From contig NW_002060955.1 in assembly GCF_000150275.1 (NCBI RefSeq), forward strand, positions 1,036,287 through 1,100,286: a DNA stretch of 64,000 nucleotides, written 5' to 3'. Below the pieces are notes generated by a model that saw only the letters and a list, made by a program, of their open reading frames with translations, was not told where the DNA came from and did no database searches. Below are positions 1 through 15,219 of the stretch, in pieces (within the stretch, counting starts at the first letter, position 1; every line of letters begins with the position of its first letter). Source of the stretch: Trichoplax adhaerens (taxonomy: Eukaryota; Animalia; Placozoa). Position numbers and translations under genes: made by a program.

Positions 1-3000
1 ATTTAATTACTTCTTATTAAAACAGATAGATAAGCTGCGGAGTAGGAATGGTAATCATAGATGGAAAGAATGATAAGCTTAAAATAAACTGCTGGTATAT
101 CCTGAAGACATAAGAAAGCGTGATGAAAGATAGAATGACAAACTGCTTTTCAAATAAATAGCCACAGTACTAGAAACTACATGGCTACATCTAGCTGGAC
201 TAAAGTTTAGAGCTGGTAATACTAGCCGGGAAACTTCATCTATTCTGTAATAATAATATCAATACACTGTATATAATAATTCCTAAAGGAGAGTCAAGTA
301 GCTGTATGTAGATACTTTTTACGCTGCTAACTAAAGTTTTTCCTCTCTTCAGTCATCAGTATTTAAGTTATGGTACTTTTTAAGCAGTTTCACTTCTTGG
401 ATACAAATTTAAATTGTGTGTCCCTTCTATGCGTATTTCTTCGACTATCAACTTTATTTAGTGATATTTTTTCAAATAATACACCTAGTTTACATATTGT
501 CAACACCTTTTTCAATCCTATACTATCTTGTTTAAACCGAAGAATAGTATACCTTTATAATAGCCCTGATTGGAGCAAATCGTTGGGCTTTGATTGGTAT
601 GCTTAAAACATTGCCAATGTCGATTTTCAATCTTATGGCTTACTTTCTATCCCTATACCTAATAATTAGATGCTTCTGATGCAGGAAATCATTGGGTTTA
701 CAGTACTGGTAATAATTAAAAATTCCATAGTATTACGTCGACCAATGTATAATGACGGTTTAATGTAGTTGCAGTAAACGATTGAAAAGAAATGTAAAAA
801 TTATGTAAAAAACGTAAAGGTTCGTTTTTGATTTTAACATTTGTCAATGACAAACCATCGCAATACGACAGTTCTATTACAAAAACAATATTGCTATAGA
901 TATAAGCTTTAATGACTGTACTGGTAGGGATCGTGTAATACTATGAAACATTCATGGGTTAATTTACTATAAAAGTAAGATTTATTGGTTACATAGTCCT
1001 TAATAAATCCTATGTTACCTTCTTTATAATGTAATATTTGCAATTTTTAGTAATTTATTGAGATAATAATGTAAGGTATATCCAATTAGTTTAATGCCTG
1101 ATTTATTCTTGCCACATAAACTACAATATAAAAACTGTCCTATATTTTTACAGTAACAATACTTCCGAGTCCTTTTATTTTAACGAAAATATCAATAAGA
1201 TAGCAAATTAAAATGTGATATTATAAACCAAATCCTTACACCACTCAGCATTAAAAGGCTCTTTTAAGTAAAATTATCGAGGTAAAAGAAGCTCTTAATC
1301 CCTATGGATATTGTAATATACACCATAAATTTAGCCATTTTTGTAAAATCAGAAATCGAAATCATGCCGATGCGCATTAAAACCGAGTTTTCAATGTTAC
1401 GATTTTGTTGAAAACGACATCACAGCGTAGCTAGTATCACATTCCTTACACATGTGATATCATGCAGAGAAGGAGAGTATCATAAAGTATAACAAAATAA
1501 TAAGAAATGAAACTGAAAGTTCCATATAAAATTTGTTTTCTCCTAATTGCAGTATTTCAGCTATAAAAGAGGCTTAGTAAACGCCAAATTAAGTTATGTT
1601 ATAGGTAAGAAAATGAATACACTAACTGTCGTTAAAAAGTCACTTTAAGAATAAAACTTGGCTATTATAATTGTTTATCATTTTAGCAGGAAATACCTTA
1701 TTGCTTCTATCAAATTAAGACGTCTTTCAGTTTCATAAAAATAGCAATTGATTGGGCTGACTCTATAATAAAAAAAGATGAGTATAGAAATTATAAGGCC
1801 ATGCTAATTTCTTGATGATTGCGGTACAATTTCTTCCTTTCAAGATTTAGGTGTTATCCTTATGATGTAGTCAGCATCATAATAAATCAATACTGAAATG
1901 ACTTGATTATTAATAAATTTTAGGTTGAATCCTTAATAGAAATCATTATAATTCTTGTAACAGCTATCTATTTTAATAATATAGTTAATTCATTTGCAAT
2001 AAATAGCAGAATGGTTCCTGTTAATAGATTTATTATTGCCCATCAGTTAAAGAATTAACTCTCTACTTCTTTGTGGTCATCGTAAGTTGATAAATTATTC
2101 ATGTATCTACTATGTTTTATGTGGAAATTTATGCTCGATTTACCATTAAAGCGATACTCATGGTAAAATCTAACCTATTTTCGATCGATATAATATGAAC
2201 TTGAAGAAATATCAGCATTATTGATGTCCAAGACGGATTAAGATAGATTTTTTTAGATCTGTATCAGCAAAATGATCACGAGTTTTTATTCCCACAGATA
2301 AAGTTGTAACAACAAAGATAGATCTGAACTACCCAAAAAAAATTAATTTCAAGGACGCTTAAAAAATTGGCTTACAATTCTGATTCTGCTTATATTTAAG
2401 GGCTGCCTTACTGTAAATCAATTTATAGAGTTACACACCATAGTAGACCTATTTACCGATTGATTACCATTTCTCTCTCAAATCTATCCCATAACTATCA
2501 TATACGTATACAGTTGACAATAAAGTATTCATAAACGATTTAATTACTTGCAAGTGACTACATTTTTATCAATTCTCGGAAATAGACTTTAATCTATACC
2601 TATCTACTAGAATAAGAATAGCATATAAACGATAACGTTAATACTATGGGGTAATAATAAATAATTTCTGTTATTAATTTTAGGATAGATGGAAAATTTT
2701 TAATTAATATTCACTATATTGAATAGTAGAAAAGCGGAACGTATCAGGAGAAATTAATTAATTGACGGATTAAATGATAGATGAATCACATGATAGAACC
2801 TTTACTATTACTTGAAGAATAAAATAAATGAAAGAATGAACAAAATAAATTCTGTTGAAGTAATTAAAAAAGCTATGCATACTTGATGAAAGTAAAATAT
2901 CTTGACTAAGAATAATTTTTCTAGACATAGATAAATTGGAAAGGAACGGAAATTGCAGTTGCATTTAACAATAGTAATATATGACCATATTATGAGGATT

Positions 3001-3613
3001 TAGTGTTAGAGTTAGGGTTAGGGAACCATATTTGAATGTAATACTATTAAGGAATAATACTGCTTTAATTATGAGTCAACCCTTATTATCTTAAAATATC
3101 ATAGAAACAATAACTATCATGTTTGAAACAGTAAACACTACAGAATTCAATCATGTTATGATTATCCGCCCATGGAAAGTTGAGATAAGAGACTAGTATT
3201 TTCTGTATACTTATAAATCATATTTTATTTATACTGAGCTCCCAAGTAATAAAATGTCTGAAGTTAACAAAAAAATGTGTTTTCGTCTTGTAGTCGCCTG
3301 ATTTTGAAGTGATCTCATATTAAAACAAACTAAAAATACTCATCATTATTAGTGTATCATCTATGTCAACATATTCAATTTGATATTATAGCAAAACTAA
3401 TTAATATCTTACTTGAAATTTTTGGGCCTAAATATTAGAATAAGGTTTTAAGAGTTATCAACATACTCGTGTAATGGAACAAAAGTAAGGATACTAATCT
3501 TCTTGGATTGTGCGTGATAATATCATTCACTTTCTGAAACAATTGGGCATTGTAGAATTTAATAAAGTTTGTTTGTCTGTACGAGTAAACAAACTGAAAT
3601 ATCTATATTCTAT

Positions 3614-4055
3614 TGTCAAGGTGCGAACTACCGTGAAGAAATAGCCATCTAAATTTGGTTAATATAATATAGTGACAATATATTACAACTAGTTACTTAC
3701 AGTAGGAATCACTCTAATTATAAATGTGTTACAGTAAATTGAATGCTGTGCTGTAATGTGTACTGAAATGATTCTGTGAATGGACATATTGTAGTCCGAC
3801 TGTGAAAAATTAGTTAGTAGATGTTCTCACCTAAGAATTTTTATAAGATGACTCATGAATGTTAGCTGCAGTAGAAGGTTATATAAGCCCGTCAGATAGT
3901 TGAATAAAGCAGTTCTCAATTGTCTAGTTGAGTTTAACGTAGAATCAAAGGCGTCTAAATTCTTGTGAGGTAGTTAAGGGATACTGAATCCCGGAGACTA
4001 TAGTAATTTAGAGATTTGTTTTACGTTATCCTAGTCACGAAGCTGGTTTGCGACG
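3614..4055 (+). mobile_element. Solo LTR, copy 1 (442 bp)
   Basis: Collinear and highly similar to 7472-7906. Termini TGTCAA...GCGACG are mutated versions of TGTCAC...GTGACA. Perfect 5-bp TSD TCTAT at 3609-3613 and 4056-4060. Internal TATATAA (3880) and AATAAA (3903). Confidence 0.9.
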
Positions 4056-7000
4056 TCTATTAGAACACATATAATTGCTCGAATGTAGGGTAATTGACGT
4101 TAAACTACTATACATCTTCGATAAATGATTCAGACACAACCAGCTGTTGTTAGAGTATGTTATCGTCTTGCGTTATCAAAACTTAAGAATAGTAAGGCAG
4201 GAATAATAAATATAAGCAATTAAGAATTGTTTTTGGAAGAATTAAAAGGAGTAGTAAAATAAAGACTTTATAATTCTTTAAATTTAGCTTCATTAGCAAT
4301 CATAACCTTAAAATACTTACGAGAAACATTTTTCCAAATATAATACTGAAAATGATACCTTAAAAAATCAATTAAAAATGTATTGGTATAACTACATTAT
4401 TATAGGTTGATATAAGATTCAAAGTCACATTTATACATTGATTTAGTGTAAGAATACTAAGCAATAATAACGATAAACAGTAGTGATAAGTTGATAACAA
4501 CTGTAGTAGAATAACGAGTACTATACTTCAGTCGAATACTACTTTAGGTCAAATTCGCAAAATCAATGGTATAGCTTATAAGATAGCATAGTTGCGTGCG
4601 TAAATATTCTTTCTTTCCTTAAATAGTTAACAAAAGTACATTAAAACAACTGGGAAACAACTTAAGCTATATTCAATACTAATTCAGATCCTTTATGAAG
4701 CAAGACCGATATTTGAGAGGAATTAATCCAAGTAGATACTTGAAGAGCTTACAAATATCCTTAAAAAGTCACTAAAGATGCATCAAATATTCTGAATATA
4801 GTACGCAAATTTTACACCATTAAAATTAGCTTTTATAATATCTTTGCTTTAGATATGCCTTATTCTTTTAAGTTTACCAATAGACATTACTTGTAAAAAA
4901 TTTGAAATAATAGTAAAACATAAGATGACAAGTAGGCTTGTTATATCCAAGTTTAATAGTATTCCATCTACTCTTGCGTTTCCCACTAAGTGTGATCTCA
5001 ACGATTTATATCATGCTGAAGCTTCATATTAGAAATATTTAGAAACTTTACTGTCTCAATATTAATGATATCATGTTTCTATTGTGATGATGTCCCAATT
5101 ATTAAAGTGTGTAAATAATAAACGATAACTTGGCTTGTAGTCTACATCTAGAAAAAAATTATGACAAATCGCGAATTTGCCACTAAATTAAATCACCTAG
5201 AAACTGCCAATAATTATAACATCTAGCTCAAATTTACAGCTTTTAATTGTATAGCGGTATTAAATTCAATTGATATCATTAGACACTTTAGGAAGTTGAT
5301 GATATTCAGAAGACTGACAAGAATTGAATCCTAATATCTGTGAACCTTATCATCAATAATCTCATAAATATTATAGTACAAACTATTAAAATACGTAATT
5401 AGCAACGCGATATATCGCTTCTTTAAGTTAGATGGGAAGTGGATGAAAGAGAAGCTTTATTAATATCCAATGGTCAATATTATATTAAATCGAGAATAAT
5501 GAAACTTAAATTTTAATTCGCTTAACTGATGGCTGCTACAATCATTTTACTTGAAGTTGAACTCTGTATTCATACGATCGTTATTTGATACGACTAATAT
5601 TCTATTTATTTTCGTAGTCATTTTTCACAAATTGTGCATTTTATAGCCTAACAATATTTTAATGGTATAACTGTTCCTTAATCAGCAAGAGAATGCCAGC
5701 TTGTATTTCCAGCATTACCTAAAATAGCTATCGATACTTATTCAGTCATAGTTGAAATTGAATATTTTAATCAATAGTAGAAGAATCTAGCTAGACTAGA
5801 TATTTTATTTTCTAACGACATGATAGCCGTGTATAGTTTAATGAGCGAGAAGATTTTAAGTAACTAAGACCATAATCAAGTAATTCAAGTTTACAATGCT
5901 AACTTGATTACAACTAGGTTGATCTGGAGTCGATACAAATATGAAACATCGTTTATGTTAGCAAACGGTTTGTTTCCTCCACGATGAAGACTAGCCTTTA
6001 CTGCAATAGCATCGGCAATATTCATGCAATAATCAAGAAAACAGGATCTTATGGTATAACATAAAACTTTCAGCAAGGTAATCAACAAATAAAATAGTCA
6101 GTAAATCATCATCGCTGCATCTATGTATTGTAAAATTTAAATTTAAACTGTTATCCTATTGTCAATATTGATTATATTATTCGTGATATTTCCAGTACCT
6201 TAGAAATAGAAATGAAAAAAGATAGACAATGGGTTTACCTGTCTCCATCAAACTTGCTAAGCTTAAAATCGTATTAAATGAATGACTGAACTTTATGAAA
6301 GCGTAGAGTAAACTTATGAACGACCCTTTACTACGTCTAAGTATAGAGTATAACTCACTGTTTAATAAGCATACGTCCATCTTGTTAAGGGTATATTAAA
6401 TTGAAAAGATTTAATGAATATTCTCTACTATTTTATGGTAATTTAGCAAATTCACAGGGGTAACATGAAATGCGGTAGCACCATTTGTGGTACGTTAGAG
6501 ATTCTTCAATTTTAATAAGTCTAATTTTGAGTTAAAGATTGCGAATCTAAGGAGTTAGAGATTCTAGTCACTACGCATATTCATCTAATTGATTAATGTT
6601 TATCGTCTTATCATGTTAGAAAAAATTAGTGATCGCTCATAATTTGCAGTCTGAAATCTATACTACATTTATCGCATTGCAGCAGGGATTAACATGTAAC
6701 TGTAGATGTAGTTATGATTACATCAAATCCGACAAAGGCCTCCGTTGTCAATCAGATGTTAATAAATTTTATCAAAACCTATTTAATATATATGAATAGA
6801 TGTTCCGCCTGTCTTAACCTACTATGAATGCATATTGATTACAATATCGCAATGGATTATTTTATTTATTATAGGAATACAAATATCAATTCTCTTTTAA
6901 TTTTTACGCTTGCATTAAATGGTTGTGCTATACACCCTTCGCTACGCTGTTTTAATGGTTGGAAGTCTATTACCTTAAGAGATATTGTACTGTATTTAGA

Positions 7001-7471
7001 ATATACTGTAACTATACTCTACTCTTAAATATAGACATGATGTATTACTCTTTTATTTAGACATATCTACAGTCCGCTTGCTTCACATTCATATATAGGT
7101 TACTGTATTTAGTTATTACAGTATTCGCTATTTTCTACAATCGTCTGCTATTCTATAACCTGTTATGGTATATGTTGTATCTAACCCTACAATCATGTTC
7201 TCTGCATGTGTTCTAATGCCATAGCTATAAATACCGCCGTTTTCTACCTTAAACTTCTTAAGTGGCATTATTAGTCACAGTTAGTATTCACACTTTACTC
7301 ACGGCAGCTACCACGCTGATCCATCGTAATTATCACATTGTAGCTAACTACTATCTGCAATGAAGTATCCTCTTTTTCTTAAGCTCCTAGTGCAATTTTC
7401 TGCATGGCAACTAAAACCACATTATCTGACTCTTCGAACCCTCCATCACAGATATTATTAGCCACTATAAT

Positions 7472-7906
7472 TGTCACGGTACGAACTACCGTGAAGAAAT
7501 AGCTATCTAAATTTGGTTAATATAGTATAGTGATATTATATTACAACTAGTTACTTACAATAGGAATTACTCTAATTATAAATGTGTTACAGTCAATTTA
7601 TTGCTGTGCTGTAATATGTGCTGAAATGATTCTGTGAATGGACATATTGTAGTCCGACTGTGAAAAACTAGTTAGTAGATGTTCTCACCCAAGTGTTATT
7701 ATAAGATGACTTGTGAATGTTAGCTGCTGTAGAAGGGTATATAAACCCGTCAGATAGTTGAATAAAGTAGTTCTCAATTGTATAGTTGTTTTAACGTAGA
7801 ATCAAAGGCGTCTAAATTCTTGTAAGTAGGGATACTGAATCCCGGAGACTATAGTAATTTAGAGATTTGTTTTACGTTATACTTGTCACGAAGTTGGTTT
7901 GTGACA
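7472..7906 (+). mobile_element. Solo LTR, copy 2 (435 bp)
   Basis: Canonical TG...CA ends with 6-bp inverted termini TGTCAC/GTGACA. Perfect 5-bp TSD ATAAT at 7467-7471 and 7907-7911. TATATAA at 7738 and AATAAA at 7761. Confidence 0.93.
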
Positions 7907-10900
7907 ATAATATATTTTCAACATGGAATATCTGCATATTTTGTTAATTTTATATCTAATTGATACTGGCATCCATTGCAATTATGAATAACTTCATCTT
8001 TTGAAGAAAATGAATGACCATTTGTTCTGTATTTCGCCTCGTTACTGTAGTTGGTCTTATCATTATTTGAATGATAATGAAGCAACAATACTTATGCTAC
8101 GCACATTAAGCGCTGTTAGGATTTGACTTGACATTTAAATGAACTCACGTCTGCTTAGTAAGGAATAAAATATTGATATCAAACTGGATAATAAAGATAT
8201 CGTATTGATAATCTCATACAAGCGAACACTCGTAAATATCTAGATCATATATCGCATTTACGAGTAACGTTGCTTCACGTAAGGAAATTTATCAAGTAAT
8301 TGTTTACCAATCCATGAACTAGATCTTCCCTGTCTATGTTAAATTGATATTTAATCATGTTCATAATCTCACGGAACCATTTTTGTACTAAACTGTTGGA
8401 GAAATTGTAACTACTAAAGCAAAACATCACCTTTACCGGATACAGAAAATAACCATCAGTATAGACATTTTCTAAGTCCTCGTGAGACTACAAAATTATT
8501 TTGGCACAGTAGAAATTGAGTGATGGATATAGATAATAAGCAATAATAATTAGAAATTTATGTAGTTCACATTTCGATGTGCACCCATAAGTTAATTTCT
8601 CAGTAACTAAATAAAGCTTTCAAAGAATCATCCAGACTGATATTTTGTCCACTACTGGGAATGCAATTGATAGACTTCCATTAATTTGGTAGGCAAAGAT
8701 TAGAATTCTGATGAATTTATAAATCTCAACATTCAGGCTGTGGTCACAAAGTTGACATAGGCGATTAAGTGAATTGTTTGAAAGATACGTAATGTTGTAT
8801 AATCATCAAATCGTTTTAGAAAATTTTTAATTATCTTAGGCTACCTACAACTAATGTAACAGAAGAAAGTGTAAATATAGGCAAAAAAGACTATATTTAG
8901 GTAATATCATGTTGTCAATGCAACCATAATCTATCTACTTTTAATTCGATATTATTAAATTAAGTATAGAATATAGAATTAACGATGGATTCCAATAAAC
9001 AAGGCGAGCTTATAGTAATAAATGATCATAGTAATGATTGAATGCGTAGGTAAAAGTTGAAGAGAAGGAAGAATAGGTATCATCGACACCAAGTTGCGAG
9101 TAAACTAACATGCAATTCATCTTATAAAACTTCCATATTGATTATAAACAAAGCTGACCACGCTAATAGCAATTTTCTAAGGTCAGTTAGATTAAACAAT
9201 TGGAAATAAATATAACGCTACTAATGAAATCGCTATATTTTGCTAACTATATCACAACTCTAAAATATCGGATACCCCTCTACAGTCGTTGCATGTCATT
9301 GATTTCAGTTTTTAATTTATACTCTATTTTACCAGTGTTATTTATCTATTTGTAGGATTGATATATCATCCTTTTCACTTATATACTTAGCAGGCCGCGA
9401 TCAAATTAATGGCATGATTTATGTTTTCATATTTTAGAAATGTCTGCGATTGATTTGAACGAATAAAAATTATCTAGAAAATTGCAGAAATTCTTTAGCG
9501 AGATTATTTAAGCACAATCTGATACACCATGTCAAAGTAACTATAGGACTAACCGCTCTTTGATAAATAGGCTAATTCCAAAAAACTTCGATCTTTAAAA
9601 TAGAACATAAGATTATCAAAGGGTAATAAAATCGTTGTGTAACAGAATTTACTAAGATAACGATTATATTTTTAGCACTTAAAATAGGTAATGTCCTATC
9701 TAACAACTTTAGAATACGACCGGCATGTCATAAAATAGAATCTAATCGATATAAAACATAAACATAGAACAACTAATATGTTTCTTATGTACTTGAGACT
9801 ATCGGACATTAAAAAATGGAACAATAAAACAATTGCTAGAAAATGGGAGACTAAAAAAGATTGTCTTGAAAATGTAGATACTGTAACTGTAAATTGTTTT
9901 AATTTTTTAAGGTGATCATATCAAGCGAACTATTGGAGAATCGTTTAGTTTTTTTGCGATGAAATAGAATCTGAATATAGAGTGGATGATAGCGATGTCA
10001 ATCATTTAATTATTGTTATAAAAGCGACTATTACATATCTACGATAATATTAATCAAACCACAAAGTCAATAACTACATAGTATATAAATGAAATCAATA
10101 TCACAAAATTTGGATGAATCTCATCGATCGTGATGTCCAAGAAGGAGGCAGCATCAAATTTATCGTGCTACTTACAACGATGGCAACGATTGCCTATTCT
10201 CTTACCCTCTTTGTTAGTACATGTATGTTGGCGGAATAACTTCGGCTTTCAATAGCTGAGGAGTCAATTTCTTTCCTTGGCAAATTTCTTAAATAGGTCT
10301 ATCTCCAGCCCAGTTTCAGGCCGTAAATATTGTGCACTTATTTAATTTAAATAAGAATTTTTAGAAACGTTTCTGCTCTTTCTTATTGATACTGTTAGTG
10401 TTTTTCTGTTTAACTGTTGGAAGTTCATATTCTTATAATAATACCAAACTTATTATCGATATAGTGAACCTTGAATCCGTATTATTAAAAGCATAATAGA
10501 AAAAAATAAAACTAGACTGAATACCCTCATTAAATATGTTATGAGTAATGATAATAACATTTTGAAACCATTCTTCCTGTTCCTTAGCACTATTAATATT
10601 TTTATAGTATTATTATTACGATTTATCTTATTGTCATATCTGTATGCCTAGATGCTTTATTCAATACCCAACGGAATAACTGTCATGGCATTGTTTTAAA
10701 GTTATCGAATAAATGGATCTAAGCCGATGATTAGAAGACAAAGACAGGTGAAAATGGCATGAAAATTTATCAATAGCTATCGATTATAAATTACCCCTGC
10801 TGATATTAACAAGAATTCTACTATCCTCAATTTGCTTACCCTGATTACTAACAATGATTAATATTCTATTTATAAAATAATTTAGAAATATAATCAATGA

Positions 10901-13900
10901 CAGAAATGAAGCATTGCCGTAATTATAATTCAGTTATATCGTAATGAGATAAATATTATTATCGCCAAGAAGGATCTAGTAAAATTTCGCGTTACCATAT
11001 GTACCAAGATTTAAACATCATTTTTAATCCTAGATATGAAAAATAACAACTCCAAAATATAAATCTAATAGAAATATTATCTATATTACAATGTAGTTGT
11101 GGTAGTATACACTCAAAAGTAAAAAGATTTTCTAAATATATGGCTCTATCACCCATGACAACAGTTTTTTGTTGTTTGCTAATATGACCATACGTGTATA
11201 ATAGACTATCGATGGTGTATGAGATGGCAGCAGTATGTGCATTTTGACCCCCTTTAAATCATGTTATAGGAATAAGCAAAAGATAGGTTGCGTTAAGATA
11301 CTAATAAGGTATAGTAGCAATTAAAAGTCCCCAAAATTGTGTATACAGTATGTTTACCTCCTCCTATCAAAAGATACAATCAAATTGTCTCAATCTTACA
11401 GTTTTCTCTACCTAGCCTCGCCTCTTCCTGCTTTTATTTTTATTGTTTTCTTTTCATGTTCATCTCAAAAATAATATACTCAAATTGAATGCAATAACAA
11501 TAATACTGTATATTTACCATTTTATTAAGATAAAATTTTATTGGTCTCATTATAATTTAATAAGATATATGACGTCAAATAATTTTTTGACTTCAATAAC
11601 TCAATCACAATTTAGTAGCATACTGTTCATAAATTCTAAGCCTTTTTACTAGCTATCGTATGAAATTAAATTTTCATTTCTTATTTTAGTGTTAAAGATG
11701 AATGACTGAATAGACAACCCAATTCTGTCAGTTGAATTGTGGTAGATATAACTATTTCAACGCTTATAAATTAACTCTTAGCATATTTATGTTAAAACAC
11801 AAAATATTCTCATCCATCGACCATGATTTTATAATTTAATATTAACATAAGCTAGTTATAAGATGAACTGCTCATGTTAACAATTCGTAGCAACATAATG
11901 CTCATAATATCATCTTGTAATTTTTTTAAGGGCAATTAGCCAATGATACAGATAAAGGAGCACTAGCTTGAGCATGCTACATACTAAAATCGAAGGAATG
12001 AATTCTTTCCATACTTTTCTTTTATCTTATAATGATCATCATTGTAGTTCATATTAATGCATGCCGCAAATGTTTGCTCTTAAAACCAATAACAGAATTT
12101 TATAGGTAATTATTGAAAAAATATTCATTAATTTTCCTGAGGATAAGCAGTCCTGTACAACATGTGAAAAAACTTAGTCTTATATCAATCAACAAAGGCA
12201 CTAGCTATTCTCAATGATATCCCGCTAGTTAAACTTGAGTAAAAATTAGATTATCACCAAAGTGGTGGAATCTCAGGTATTATTTCTGCGATATTTCAAT
12301 TGTTAGAAAACAGTAAAAAAGAGAAAAAATAATTTTAGAACCGTAATTATTAAGCACTAGGAAAATGGAAAATTATGAATTATAGTAAGTAATTTAAACT
12401 GCAATCTCCTATGCCATATTAAAGCACAGGGTCTACAAAGAGCATCTTATGTCAGAGTTCAGTGAATAATCTTAATTAATTTAAAAATTATTTTAAACTA
12501 CTTGATTAGCAGTAACTTAAGAAATTTAAAATAGTATCTTAATTAGCCAAGTGACAGGAATGTAGAGCTGATACCCATAATAATTTGTAATCCAGGCTTT
12601 TATCCCATCACTTATACTAACAGTTTCTATAGTGCGGTTATCATAAATCTAATATCGGCATGGAATAATTTTCAAATAATGTTGCTTAGTTTATTACTAC
12701 AAATGAAAAATCATACTAATATTTGCCTCAAAGATTAACAACCGTACTATTACATTAGTATTATTAAGGATTACCGTATTTCGTATTGCATCTCTGGTAC
12801 ATATTTGACGAACCATTTTGTCTACACCTTTTAATCAAAAATTGCAATTAATACCTAAAATTTATATTCTGGATAACTATCATTCAGTGAAATGTTTTTA
12901 ATCTTGTCTCCTTGGTAACGGCAGCCGTTGCTAGCCTTAATAGTTTACAATATCCAATTGCCTAATCTAGTAGTATCTCATTAACCATATAGTCCATCCT
13001 AACATACGTAATATACTGTGCAATGATCTAGTTCTTTACCTCAGCTTCATTATCGAAAATCCATTTCTCATTTTCAGCTTAACATTATAAATATAAATCC
13101 TTGTAACTTATAAAGTTAACTATATGATTGTTGATTGTAATTATATTTCCTTATTTATATCCTATATTTCGAATTTAGATATTTACCACCGGTATATTGT
13201 GATAGCATTCATAAATGAACATTTCAAGCCGGCTAAACAAACATTAATATCACTTTGTACATTCATCATAGTGATTTTTATTACTAATCCAACGATATTA
13301 TTGGTGTTTACGAACTATAGATAAATTAGTTCCACATAAAATGGTAGCACCAGTCTGTAGGAGATTGGTGGTATCATAGGTGTTATATTTAAGTTCTAGA
13401 ATAGTAGACTGCCATTAGTTGGTAATTTAAAGATTTAAATGTAGACTTAAGTGAGAATGTAAGGCACTTAGGAAGATAGAGAATAGTCTGAATGATATTT
13501 AGCTGTGTATGGATTACGTTGTCTAAGTTGCTACTGTGATATTTAACAGTAAAATTAATAAACTGTTTTTATCTACTAACGTTCGGAAATGAATTAAAGA
13601 GTAATCTTTCCATAGAAAGGATAGCAATGGTACATATTATAAACAAGTATTTTGATATATCCTCTATCATTTTGATACGTTGTATTATTGTTTAGAGTAA
13701 TCTCGCTTGATTCAAATACTTCTACATTACCGTGCAATCAGTACTAGTGAGCTAAGGTTTAAACAAGGACATATCTCTTTTGGCTTTGTGAACTCTATCA
13801 TATCGTAGTTGCCTTCATTATGCCATGTGGTATTTTGAATGATATTCTATTTTACGCTGAGCATAGTGTCCCATTCTTTAATATTCATTTAGCGTAAGAT

Positions 13901-14376
13901 TTCCACGTATGATGTTCTCACAGCGTAGAATATTTGAACAATAAGGCATTATCAGTTTTTGATTATCCATAGAAATTATCAATTATTAGATATGAGATAT
14001 TTAAATCATGAAAGCATTTCACCTAGGAATTATTTTACTATATTAAGAACTCTCTATGGCTATTACAGTTTATGGCCATACTAAATAACTCATTAAAGCG
14101 CACAGATACAATACTTCAATAATTTTGCGTCCTATAACACTGTTTTAGCGTGGATTTGTAACTACTTCAATACCAAAATCGGCACGGTAGGATCCCTTTA
14201 TACTCTCAAATGTCTAATGATACCGGCAACAATTCCATTTAGAATTTGTATGAATAGCTATTTTGTCTATCGCTATTAAAAAAGTTCTGATATCCATTGC
14301 TGCATTACTTTTATTTAACTTCCTTTACATTCATACATATTTCTATAGACTTCCGTTTATATTTATGACACATTAT

Positions 14377-14426
14377 NNNNNNNNNNNNNNNNNNNNNNNN
14401 NNNNNNNNNNNNNNNNNNNNNNNNNN
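14377..14426. other. Assembly gap (50 N)
   Basis: Run of N. Confidence 1.
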
Positions 14427-14593
14427 CACACTTTACACATATTATCAGTTCTTATTAGTTACGGTACAAAGACAGACAATTTTTTAAAATAAATTCCTTT
14501 GTATTGCGGATATGCTGTTCGTCACTAATATTTCCTTGCGATAATTTATTTTCCGCTTTTAGTTTTCCATGCTGAACTATGTTTGTATCAATA

Positions 14594-15219
14594 TGTTACT
14601 GTGCTATACTCTGTAATATCGAGATTATAGTAGAAACATCTATGTTAGGATAATTTTGTTGATTTACCCTTATATGAAGAGTTTCTAATTTAGATATATA
14701 ATATTTAAATATAGCTCTAGCTTTTATGGTGATATACAGTCTACTGTAATTAGTAGTTTAATTAGGGAATCGAGAATAATCTTCTTACAATTCAAATCAC
14801 CGTGATTGTAATTTACTTATGGTAGATTGTAGATTATCATAGAAATGTTCCGTGATAGGACATATGCCAATCTGACAATTTTGTACTAGTCATTCGATGT
14901 CTATGTTCATAAATACTGTTGTCTTCATTAGGTAGCAGTAGACAAAATTAGCTTTTGATTGATTATCAAGTTTCAACGTTAACATTACTAACTGGGATGT
15001 CTTTGCTATTGTAAAAGAGTATATAAATGCGATAAATCGTATAATAAAGTTGGTTATTATGGTTAGTATTTAATGTAAGATACGAGGCGTCTAAATCTTT
15101 TTGCAGTCTACTAGTATAGGAAAAGTGTTCCTTAAAGTAAATATTGCTTCCTGATGCGTGGTTCTGGGAATCGACAGATCGTGCATTACCTTATCTTGTT
15201 GCAAAGCTGTTTCGTAACA
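14594..15219 (+). mobile_element. Diverged solo LTR of a related family (~626 bp)
   Basis: Termini TGTTAC...GTAACA. Shares AGGCGTCTAAAT, GGACATAT, a similar 3' end and the same 23-nt TATATAA(15020)-to-AATAAA(15043) spacing with copies 1 and 2. TSD imperfect (CAATA/CACCA). Confidence 0.65.

Noticed and set aside
3005-3023. Interstitial telomeric repeat TTAGGG
   Set aside because: Only two perfect units; too short to be meaningful.
3614-7906. Full-length LTR retrotransposon bounded by the two similar LTRs
   Set aside because: Each LTR has its own distinct TSD pair, and there is no PBS after the first LTR and no gag-pol ORF between them.
12906-12919. X-box-like GTCTCCTTGGTAAC
   Set aside because: Imperfect spacer and no intact gene nearby.
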